Shown piece after piece: positions 1 through 6,959 of a stretch of 46,821 nt of DNA; the stretch's first letter is position 1; each line of letters begins with the position of its first letter. Origin of the DNA: a virus. Its lineage: Duplodnaviria; Caudoviricetes. The position numbers and the translations under genes were made by a program. The notes beneath the pieces were generated by a model that did no database searches, was not told where the DNA came from, and saw only the letters and a list, made by a program, of their open reading frames with translations. The DNA lies in IMG/VR virus record IMGVR_UViG_3300036987_000019, positions 1-46,821 of that record; one strand, written 5' to 3'.

Positions 1-45
1 TTGGCACGGGCGTGGCAACAGCTCTCGCGACGCCTTCAAGCGCGA
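1..45. repeat. Terminal direct repeat, left copy (circular assembly overlap)
   Basis: TTGGCACGGG...TTCAAGCGCGA at 1-45 is identical to 46777-46821, and the ORF stays in frame across the junction. Confidence 0.95.
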
Positions 46-1115
46 ACATTGCATCTGCAGTCACGGATGAGACGGGCTCGGGGGCTCTTGTTTTCGCAAC
101 ATCACCCACGCTCGTTACTCCAGCGCTCGGAACGCCGTCGTCCGGCACGCTTACGAATGCCACAGGCCTCCCGATCTCAACGGGTGTCAGCGGCCTCGGG
201 ACGGGTGTCGCCACATACTTGGCGACACCATCCAGCGCCAACCTTGCCGCCGCCATGACGGATGAGACAGGTTCAGGGTCCGTAGTTTTCGCCACATCAC
301 CAACTCTGGTCACGCCTGCGCTCGGCACCCCATCATCAGCCACGCTGACAAACGCGACAGGTCTTCCTGTCTCGACGGGAATTAGCGGATTAGGGACCGG
401 TGTTGCCACGTTTCTTGCAACGCCGTCGACCGCAAACCTGGCAGCGGCAGTAACTGGAGAGACCGGCTCTGGCGCGCTAGTCTTTGGCACCTCGCCAAAC
501 ATCACGACCCCGACCGGAATCGTCAAAGGCGACGTCGGGCTTGGAAACGTCGACAACACGTCAGACACGACCAAGAATGCGGCGGCGGTCACACTCACGA
601 ACAAGACGATCTCGGCGCCAGCAATCACCGGATTAGCGGATATTCAGGGGGCGGCGAAGTTCACCGGCATCTCCAGCCCAACGCAGATCACCGCCACTCA
701 GAACGACTACAATCCAAGCTCCGTCATCTGCTCGACGGCTGAAACCTTGCGCCTGACATCGGATGCGTCACGGGACGTCACCGGCCTTGCCGGCGGCGTT
801 TCAGGATGTCAGCTCGTCATCATGAACGTGGGATCAAACCCGATCGTTCTGAAAGATCAGGCGGCCGGATCGACGGCGACCAATCGTCTTGCTCTTGGCG
901 GTGATGCCACGATCGCAACGCAGGCGTCATACGCCCTTCGCTATGACGGCACGTCATCACGTTGGCGGCCGCTGGTCTCCCCCGGAGCGGGCGGAGGCGG
1001 AGGCGGAGGCGTCACTTCTGTTGCGTGCGCCGAGGGCGCGCAGTGCTCGACCATCACCACAACCGGAACCGTCAAAACAACCTATGCCCGTCACTTCATG
1101 ATGGGCGGAATGTGA
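1..1115 (+). CDS. 3' part of a tail-fibre-like protein (begins at 46203; about 562 aa in total)
   Basis: In frame with the ATG at 46203. Has 65-aa Thr/Gly/Ala repeats and the fibre-shaft motif KGDVGLGNVDNTSD, and lies at the end of the tail operon. Confidence 0.85.
   Translation, partial: GTGVATALATPSSANIASAVTDETGSGALVFATSPTLVTPALGTPSSGTLTNATGLPISTGVSGLGTGVATYLATPSSANLAAAMTDETGSGSVVFATSPTLVTPALGTPSSATLTNATGLPVSTGISGLGTGVATFLATPSTANLAAAVTGETGSGALVFGTSPNITTPTGIVKGDVGLGNVDNTSDTTKNAAAVTLTNKTISAPAITGLADIQGAAKFTGISSPTQITATQNDYNPSSVICSTAETLRLTSDASRDVTGLAGGVSGCQLVIMNVGSNPIVLKDQAAGSTATNRLALGGDATIATQASYALRYDGTSSRWRPLVSPGAGGGGGGGVTSVACAEGAQCSTITTTGTVKTTYARHFMMGGM
12..500 (+). repeat. 195-bp (65-aa) tandem coding repeats in the fibre gene
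   Basis: The VATxLATPSxAN...ETGSG...FATSPTLVTPALGTP unit recurs at 12, 207 and 402, plus a partial copy before the junction, with synonymous divergence. Confidence 0.9.
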
Positions 1116-1117
1116 GA

Positions 1118-1525
1118 ATGAACATGAAGATTTTCGGATTCATCAAGGCGTCAATTCTTGCACTGGGCCTGCTCATTGCGCCGCTCTCGGCAAACAGCGC
1201 TGAAGTGCTGAAGGTTCTCGGACAACTCAATCCGTCCGCAACCACGGCGACAACGCTCTACACGGTTCCGGCGTCGACTTCGACTGTCGTTTCCACCATC
1301 ACGGTGGCGAACCAGGCGGCAAGCGCGGGGTCATTCCGGATCGCCATTCGGCCTGCTGGCGCAACACTCGCGGCGCTGCATTACATCGCCTACGATACGG
1401 CGATACCCGCCAATAATACGATCGTCCTGACGCTGGGACTGACTCTTGCCGCAACTGATGTTGTGACGGTCTACGCCAGTTCGGCGTCGATCTCATTCAG
1501 CATCTTCGGCTCTGAACTTTCCTGA
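1118..1525 (+). CDS. Small beta-rich virion-type protein with N-terminal signal peptide
   Basis: MNMKIFGFIKASILALGLLIAPLSANSA leader. The mature part (KVLGQLNPSATTATTLYTVPASTSTVVSTITVANQ...FGSELS) resembles small tail-associated proteins I recall from uncultured tailed phages. Confidence 0.75.
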   Translation: MNMKIFGFIKASILALGLLIAPLSANSAEVLKVLGQLNPSATTATTLYTVPASTSTVVSTITVANQAASAGSFRIAIRPAGATLAALHYIAYDTAIPANNTIVLTLGLTLAATDVVTVYASSASISFSIFGSELS

Positions 1526-1539
1526 TCGGAGCGCAGAAC

Positions 1540-2526
1540 ATGATCAAGGGATTTAAGCCAGCATCGCGCATTCTTGCTGGGTTGGCCGCACTTGCGTTGG
1601 TCGCGTGGGGATGGCCGCAGGCCGACGCCCGCGTGGGCCTTCTTTCAGATCGCCTGATCTCGACGCAGAGCATCAATAACGGGTTTGTTGCATCTCCTTC
1701 GACAGTCAGCGTTCTCGTCGTAGGTGCTGGTGGCTCCGGCGGCGGCGGGCCGGCTGGAAATGACTTCGGTGCCGGTGGTGGTGCGGGTGGCGATGTCGAA
1801 ACAGCGAGCTCAATTTCAGTCGCGCCTGGCGTTGCATACACCATCACGGTCGGGACGAGCGCTGGTGTAACAGCGATCGGCACACGCGGACTGAATGGAG
1901 GCACATCGATCGCGGCGCTTGGCTCAACTGTCACAGCACCCGGCGGTGGTGGCGGCGGGACACGATACACCGGCGGCGGCGCCGGCCTGACCGGTGGCTC
2001 TGGGGGCGGCAGCACTTACAATCTCGGCACCGGCATATCCGGGACCGCGGGGTCTGGCGGAACGGCTCACATCTTTGCTGGCGGCATCTATAACGCCGGT
2101 GGTGCCGGTGGTGGCGGTGGCGGCGCGGGCGGCGCAGGTTCGAACGCGCCAGGTACAAGCGGAGGCGCTGGCGGCGCCGGCTTCTCTTCCTCGATCTCTG
2201 GCTCGGCTGTGACTTATGGTGGCGGTGGCGGCGGTGGCGGCGGTACTGGTGCTACGACAAGTTCGGGTGGTTCTGGCGGCGGCGGTACTGGTGGCGGTGT
2301 AGGCGCGGCCGGCGGCAACTGTACTCAGGCCAACTCTGGCTCAGGTGGCGGTGGCGGCGGATCAAACTCGGGCAATACGGGCGGCGCCGGGTGCGACGGT
2401 GTTGTGATTATTTCGTATCCATCGAACTATGTGGCGGCATCATCCACTACCGGATCCCCGACGGTCACAATCTCCGGCGGCAATCGGATTTACACCTTCA
2501 CGTCAAGCGGCAGCATCACGTTTTAA
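1540..2526 (+). CDS. Glycine-rich domain tail/receptor-binding-type protein with signal peptide
   Basis: LVVGAGGSGG...GGGGGG...GVVIISYP...IYTFTSSGSITF is a typical phage glycine-rich domain. N-terminal leader ends in ADA; GGAG upstream. Confidence 0.8.
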   Translation: MIKGFKPASRILAGLAALALVAWGWPQADARVGLLSDRLISTQSINNGFVASPSTVSVLVVGAGGSGGGGPAGNDFGAGGGAGGDVETASSISVAPGVAYTITVGTSAGVTAIGTRGLNGGTSIAALGSTVTAPGGGGGGTRYTGGGAGLTGGSGGGSTYNLGTGISGTAGSGGTAHIFAGGIYNAGGAGGGGGGAGGAGSNAPGTSGGAGGAGFSSSISGSAVTYGGGGGGGGGTGATTSSGGSGGGGTGGGVGAAGGNCTQANSGSGGGGGGSNSGNTGGAGCDGVVIISYPSNYVAASSTTGSPTVTISGGNRIYTFTSSGSITF

Positions 2527-3435
2527 ATCTATCTTGGTCCACACAGTCTGCGTTGCGAGATGGGTGGCAAATCCGCGCTTGAAATATCCAATATCGATCT
2601 CTTTCGGTGTAGCATCTTCCAGCGGGACCACACCAAGGTCGAAAGTCTTCATTCCGCGCTGTCTGCTACGGAGGATTGACTCGTAAATGTTCAAGTGCCC
2701 CATCGGCTTATCAAACCGCTCTCGATCATAGACGCCAGTGGCGTAGTGGGATATTTCGGTCCCATCTACGATTAGGGAGCCCGCAACGAGTTCGCCGGTT
2801 TTCAATCGTCCAAGGACAAGTTCACCGCGACCTTCGAAGCACGATTCAAACATGATATCCCACGTTTCCTGGGATCGTGTAACTCGACCCGCGACCTTTT
2901 TGTGAAACTCTTGAAATTCATCACAAGCGGACCGGTCTTTATTTTCGATGTTGACGAAAGAGAGATCGATGTTTCTTCGTCCCCAATTAATAAGAGAGCG
3001 AAAGCTCTTGCGCAGATGCCGATGAATTTCATCGGGGCTGAGCAACAAATCGCATTGCGCTTCTAGCCGAACCTTTGGCAGAAAGCCGCGCCGAAGGCAT
3101 GCTGCCCCCAGTTGGGAGGTTTTGCCGAGCGATAGTGGATCGGAAATCTTTGCAGCCGAGATAGAGAGCTTATCAAGTGTGTCAAAAGCTCTTTCCATCT
3201 CCTTTTCCGAGCAATCGGCGGGTGAAGTGACTTGAGCTGGGAAGCCATAGAAATCGAGAAGGTTGCTGCCAAGCGTTGCGTCAAAACGAACGCGACCAGA
3301 AACGAAACTAATGTCTCTGCGGTCTTCGCCGAAATACGCTGGGTAATACTTTCGACCGAAAGCGCCGAAGCACGGGTGGCGATGGTCGATCTGCGGTGTT
3401 GGGGCGCTGATCGCCTCTTGCATTTCCTGAACCAC
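2503..3435 (-). CDS. GNAT/FemAB-like (acyl/aminoacyl transferase fold) moron
   Basis: DLLLSPDEIHRHLRKSFRSLIN and YATGVYDR...GMKTFDLG...IGYFKRGF are FemAB/GNAT-like motifs. Opposite strand and visibly AT-richer than its flanks. Confidence 0.7.
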   Translation of the reverse strand: MVQEMQEAISAPTPQIDHRHPCFGAFGRKYYPAYFGEDRRDISFVSGRVRFDATLGSNLLDFYGFPAQVTSPADCSEKEMERAFDTLDKLSISAAKISDPLSLGKTSQLGAACLRRGFLPKVRLEAQCDLLLSPDEIHRHLRKSFRSLINWGRRNIDLSFVNIENKDRSACDEFQEFHKKVAGRVTRSQETWDIMFESCFEGRGELVLGRLKTGELVAGSLIVDGTEISHYATGVYDRERFDKPMGHLNIYESILRSRQRGMKTFDLGVVPLEDATPKEIDIGYFKRGFATHLATQTVWTKIDLKRDAAA

Positions 3436-3453
3436 TATAGGCTGAAAACGCCA

Positions 3454-3481
3454 ATTCTACGGGCGCGAGTAAACAAATCAA
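3454..3481 (-). promoter_or_regulatory. Putative sigma70 promoter for the GNAT/FemAB gene
   Basis: Minus strand reads TTGATT-16 bp-TAGAAT just upstream of the start. Confidence 0.4.
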
Positions 3482-3507
3482 CCCACAACCACCACCACAC
3501 GGCGGGT

Positions 3508-3696
3508 TCAGGGCATGCGTGCTGTCTTCGCGGCCCCTGATGAGGCGCTGGTCTCATTAGAAGTGGCGTCTTCGCTAACTGGGACATTGAGCAGTCTGAG
3601 AATCCGTCGGGCCTCGTTCTCGAAATCGGGGGCGACGCCTGATCGGTCCCTGAACATGGAGGAGAGATGTCCAGCTAACAGTTCGATGTTGGTCAT
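3508..3696 (-). CDS. Small hypothetical protein
   Basis: 62-aa ORF (MTNIELLAGH...) with GAAGG upstream. Confidence 0.4.
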   Translation of the reverse strand: MTNIELLAGHLSSMFRDRSGVAPDFENEARRILRLLNVPVSEDATSNETSASSGAAKTARMP

Positions 3697-3849
3697 GTTT
3701 TGCCTTCGTACATACTGCGACGCCCGCGCAGGCAATGCCTTTGGCATTCTCGCCGCCCGATAGTCGGCGGGAACTTAATCTCTCCGAGCCCACAAAACAA
3801 CGCCCAACCAGCCCGCCCTTACGGGCCGCTTTCCTATGGAGAATCCGAA

Positions 3850-4413
3850 ATGATCGACCGCAAGGTGTTCTTCGCCGGCATCCGCCAGGGGCCGTTCCCC
3901 GGCAAGCTGACGGCGGGGCAGGTGGCGGGTACGTCCGCCATTCTCGACGAGTGGGAGCGGCGCGGCCTGACCGACCTACGCTGGCTGGCCTACATGCTCG
4001 GCACCACGAAATGGGAAACCGACCACACTATGCAGCCCATCAAAGAGGGCGGCTCGCTGAAGTATCTCAAGGGCAAGAAGTACTGGCCTTGGTACGGGCG
4101 GGGCTACGTGCAGCTCACATGGAAAGCGAACTATCAGAAGTTTCAGGCGCGGGTCAAAAAGCTGTTCGGCGTGGACATCATAGCGGACGCCGATCTTGCC
4201 ATGCGCCCGGACGTCGCTGCCTTCATCATGTTCGAAGGCATGATCAACGGTGAGTTCACGGGCAAGAAGCTCAAAGACTATTTCACGGCCAGCAAGACCG
4301 ATTGGCTGGGCGCGCGCCGCATTATCAACGGCGTCGATCGCAAAGACGAAATCGCAGCCATCGCCAAGCAATTCTACGCCGACCTGACCGCCGCTATTGG
4401 GCTGGCAGCGTAA
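3850..4413 (+). CDS. Endolysin, glycoside hydrolase family 19-like
   Basis: LAYMLGTTKWET, YGRGYVQLTW..NY and ARRIING motifs; GGAGA RBS before ATG 3850. Confidence 0.9.
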   Translation: MIDRKVFFAGIRQGPFPGKLTAGQVAGTSAILDEWERRGLTDLRWLAYMLGTTKWETDHTMQPIKEGGSLKYLKGKKYWPWYGRGYVQLTWKANYQKFQARVKKLFGVDIIADADLAMRPDVAAFIMFEGMINGEFTGKKLKDYFTASKTDWLGARRIINGVDRKDEIAAIAKQFYADLTAAIGLAA

Positions 4414-4469
4414 CCACACCGCGCGCGGGCGGCCTCCCGCGCAAATCCTCACATCAATGGAGACGTTAC

Positions 4470-4724
4470 ATGAAATGGGACACCGTTTGGCAGATCGCGC
4501 GCTACATCCTGATCGCGGTCGGCAGCTTCGCGACCGGCAAGGGCTGGGTCACAGCAGATCAGGTTACCGCAGTCGTCGGCGCAATCGGAACGATCGGCGC
4601 TGTCCTCTGGGGCCTGTTCGTCAAGTCTGGCACCACTGCCGTTCCTGACGCGGTGGCGGCCCGCGCTGACGTGCCGACCGTGTCGGCGGCGACTGGCGCT
4701 GTTTCGACCGGCCCCGGCCTGTGA
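4470..4724 (+). CDS. Putative holin
   Basis: 84 aa with two hydrophobic segments, directly after the endolysin; GGAGA RBS. Confidence 0.7.
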   Translation: MKWDTVWQIARYILIAVGSFATGKGWVTADQVTAVVGAIGTIGAVLWGLFVKSGTTAVPDAVAARADVPTVSAATGAVSTGPGL

Positions 4725-4978
4725 GTTGGACGGCACTATTGGCGGCGGCGATTAAATCGCTGCCGCTGATCCTCCAGCTTATCCAGCAGTTCAAGTCTAG
4801 CGCTGATGCCAAGGTGCAGCGCGGGCTGGGCAGGGATGAGGCTGTAGCGGAATCTTTGACCGAATTCGCTCGCAAAGTCGGCATCGCGAACGAAGTTGAA
4901 GCCGAGGCGGCGAAGGATCACGCAAGCAAGCCCGACGACACAGCGTTCGATCCAGAATTTCAGCGAAAGGACATCTGA
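4721..4978 (+). CDS. Putative i-spanin-like protein
   Basis: Hydrophobic N-terminus then helical Ala/Glu-rich body; GTGA-coupled to the holin. Confidence 0.5.
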   Translation: MSWTALLAAAIKSLPLILQLIQQFKSSADAKVQRGLGRDEAVAESLTEFARKVGIANEVEAEAAKDHASKPDDTAFDPEFQRKDI

Positions 4979-5157
4979 TGCTGTGCTTCGGAATCCTCGT
5001 GATGGTCTGTCAGCTTCAGCAGCAACCCGTTCCCGTCGATACGTTCTGCCAAATCGCCAAGCCGATCTATTGGAGCTCGTCGGATACGCGGGCAACGAAA
5101 GAGCAAGCCGACAAGCATAACCGCGTTTGGAAAAAACTCTGCAAGCCTGCGGGCTAG
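4978..5157 (+). CDS. Putative o-spanin-like protein (59 aa, not in ORF track)
   Basis: MLCFGILVMVCQ...FCQIAKPIYWSSSDTRATKEQADKHNRVWKKLC. The C...IYWS..DT...HN....LC pattern is typical of alphaproteobacterial Rz1-like proteins; TGATG coupling. Confidence 0.6.
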   Translation: MLCFGILVMVCQLQQQPVPVDTFCQIAKPIYWSSSDTRATKEQADKHNRVWKKLCKPAG

Positions 5158-5172
5158 GATTGGAATGCTGGA

Positions 5173-5472
5173 ATGAACATAGACTGGACCATCTCGGTAG
5201 GAAGCATCATCCAGGTTCTTGCCATTGCTGGCGGCGGGCTACTCGTATTGATCACGATGAGAAACACGGTCTCCGTGCTTCAGCGCGACGTGGCCTCGAT
5301 CCAGATCGAGATCAAAAAAATGGGCGATATTCTGACCAAGATGGCCGTGGCTGAAACCCGGCTGGATAACACCGACACGCGCCTCACCAATGTTGAGCGC
5401 GATGTCCGAGACCTTCGCCACGGCGATGGCTTTATCCGCGGACCGCGCGGAATCGAGAAAGAATACGGCTAG
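5173..5472 (+). CDS. Membrane-anchored coiled-coil protein of the lysis region
   Basis: N-terminal transmembrane segment followed by a heptad-like region. Confidence 0.7.
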   Translation: MNIDWTISVGSIIQVLAIAGGGLLVLITMRNTVSVLQRDVASIQIEIKKMGDILTKMAVAETRLDNTDTRLTNVERDVRDLRHGDGFIRGPRGIEKEYG

Positions 5473-5595
5473 TCGGCCCGGCCGACAGGCTTAGGGGGCA
5501 TCTAGCCGGCCGGGCCTCAGCCGTCACGAAATTGATAGACGGCGCTGAACCAAGTCGCCGCCTCAGTTCCAGTTCCATCACCGAAAGGACTATCC

Positions 5596-6165
5596 ATGAT
5601 CCGCGTGTTTCTCGCGGGGCTCGGCTATGCCGTGACCTCGGGCTTCATTCTTGCCTTCGCTCTCTTGGTCGCCACTCCGGTGGACGCAAATGGGCTGCAT
5701 CCCCGGTGCAATATCGACTGGCCGTGCGCTTCAACGGATGCCCGGGTCAGACCCGGGCATGTCGCCCGACGCATCGCCCGCGCCGACCGCTTCCGTAACG
5801 TCGAGTTCGGCTCTCCGATGTATCCCCCGGAGACGGCGCGGAGTTGGCTGAATGGCCTATCCAAGCCCGCCCGCTACATCAGCGGCCGCTTGATCTGCGC
5901 GATCAACGTCAATGCAGCGCTGGCTGAGCGAGGTATCCGGGGCACCGGATCGGCGCTGGCGCATTCGTTCGATCATTGGGGCCGCGCCTCCAGTCCGACG
6001 CCGGGCGCCGTAGCGGTCACGGACAGGCGGGGAGGCGGGCACGTCGCTATTGTCTCTCGGGTCGAGGGCGGGCGGGTCTTCGTCTGGAATCCATCCTCGC
6101 GGGGGCGAGGCTGGCGCGAGGTCGAGTACACAAACCGACGCGCTCGGTATCGGGTGGCGGGGTGA
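5596..6165 (+). CDS. Exported CHAP/NlpC-like cysteine amidase
   Basis: Signal or anchor N-terminus; ICAINVN...SALAHSF..WG...PGAVAV...GGGHVAIV gives the CHAP-like Cys/His dyad; GAAAGGA RBS. Confidence 0.65.
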   Translation: MIRVFLAGLGYAVTSGFILAFALLVATPVDANGLHPRCNIDWPCASTDARVRPGHVARRIARADRFRNVEFGSPMYPPETARSWLNGLSKPARYISGRLICAINVNAALAERGIRGTGSALAHSFDHWGRASSPTPGAVAVTDRRGGGHVAIVSRVEGGRVFVWNPSSRGRGWREVEYTNRRARYRVAG

Positions 6166-6362
6166 GGCGGCGCTTTTTCGTCGCCACCGCAATATATCTC
6201 GCCGTCGCCGCAACGGCGTATCCAGTTATTTCCAGGTCTTTGGGCGGTCCAGCCATAGGTAGAATAGGTGCCGCGTTGGCATGGCCGGCGTGGTCAATTA
6301 TCGGGGCGCTAGATCTGCTTTGGCAGCACGCGCTCGATCCGCGATTCCGGAGCGCGCAATGA
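6162..6362 (+). CDS. Small membrane protein
   Basis: GTGA-coupled 66-aa ORF with two hydrophobic segments. Confidence 0.6.
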   Translation: MRRRFFVATAIYLAVAATAYPVISRSLGGPAIGRIGAALAWPAWSIIGALDLLWQHALDPRFRSAQ

Positions 6363-6439
6363 TCAACCCCCGCGGCTTCATCGTCGTGGCGCTGTTCGCC
6401 GCTGCGCTGCTTTCCTATTCGGCCTTCGGGCCGTCCTGA
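6359..6439 (+). CDS. 26-aa hydrophobic peptide
   Basis: ATGA-coupled ORF MINPRGFIVVALFAAALLSYSAFGPS with GGAG upstream. Confidence 0.4.
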   Translation: MINPRGFIVVALFAAALLSYSAFGPS

Positions 6440-6500
6440 ACCCCGAGAGGGGTGGCCGTTCACACGGTCTGTTGTCTCTGGACAACGCCTCCCTAAACTT

Positions 6501-6533
6501 GGCCGCGGTCCTTAAATGGGCCGCGGCCTTTTT
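6501..6533 (+). terminator. Rho-independent terminator ending the late operon
   Basis: GGCCGCGGTCC-ttaaat-GGGCCGCGGCC stem followed by TTTTT. Confidence 0.85.
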
Positions 6534-6543
6534 CGTTTCAGGA

Positions 6544-6810
6544 CTACGGCGCCTTGAACGGCTGGATGCTTCGGGAATCCCCGGACCACAACGCCTTGCG
6601 ATCTCCCGTCAGGAAGCCCGCGTAATCGTCTACGGCCTCGATCAGAGCTTGTGTGGCGCCGCCGCGTCGGTTGCTGAGAAGGTGAACCCGGAGCCGCCGT
6701 AGGGCGTCCAGATCGTCCTTAAGCCGCGCGGCCTCGGCTTCCTCATGGCGTTTTCGATCGCGCTCCTCGGCCCAGCCCTTGGCCGCGACCCGGTCCATTT
6801 TCTTCGTCAT
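6544..6810 (-). CDS. Hypothetical protein, probably SOS-inducible
   Basis: 88-aa ORF, ATGA-coupled to an upstream 30-aa ORF, downstream of a LexA box. Confidence 0.65.
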   Translation of the reverse strand: MTKKMDRVAAKGWAEERDRKRHEEAEAARLKDDLDALRRLRVHLLSNRRGGATQALIEAVDDYAGFLTGDRKALWSGDSRSIQPFKAP

Positions 6811-6899
6811 CGCTTCACCGGCCGGAGCTTCGACCCATGCTCCGCAACAAATCCGATGCGTCGTTCATTCAGGATTTTGGAGAGCGGGGAGGCTGGCAT
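6807..6899 (-). CDS. 30-aa ORF, probably leaderless
   Basis: MPASPLSKILNERRIGFVAEHGSKLRPVKR; the ATG lies 7 nt after a TATACT -10 element. Confidence 0.4.
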   Translation of the reverse strand: MPASPLSKILNERRIGFVAEHGSKLRPVKR

Positions 6900-6919
6900 G
6901 GCCACCAGTATAGAGGCTG

Positions 6920-6934
6920 GAACGGAGGGAGAAC
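6920..6934 (-). promoter_or_regulatory. Alphaproteobacterial LexA box overlapping a leftward promoter
   Basis: GAAC-GGAGGGA-GAAC (GTTC-N7-GTTC on the minus strand); -10 TATACT at 6912-6907. Confidence 0.75.
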
Positions 6935-6959
6935 AAGACGGCGCACCGAAATTCGCACA

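Noticed and set aside
1-45. Terminal repeat as a biological direct terminal repeat or att site
   Set aside because: It lies mid-gene, and the packaging module is HNH/cos-type. An assembler overlap on a circular sequence explains it better.
962-1117. Arg-rich N-terminal extension of the 187-aa ORF
   Set aside because: It is an off-frame overlap with the fibre's Gly codons. The real start is ATG 1118 or 1124, which exposes the signal peptide.
1540-2526. Diversity-generating retroelement or invertible fibre cassette
   Set aside because: No reverse transcriptase or invertase was recognised, and no template/variable repeat pair was seen.
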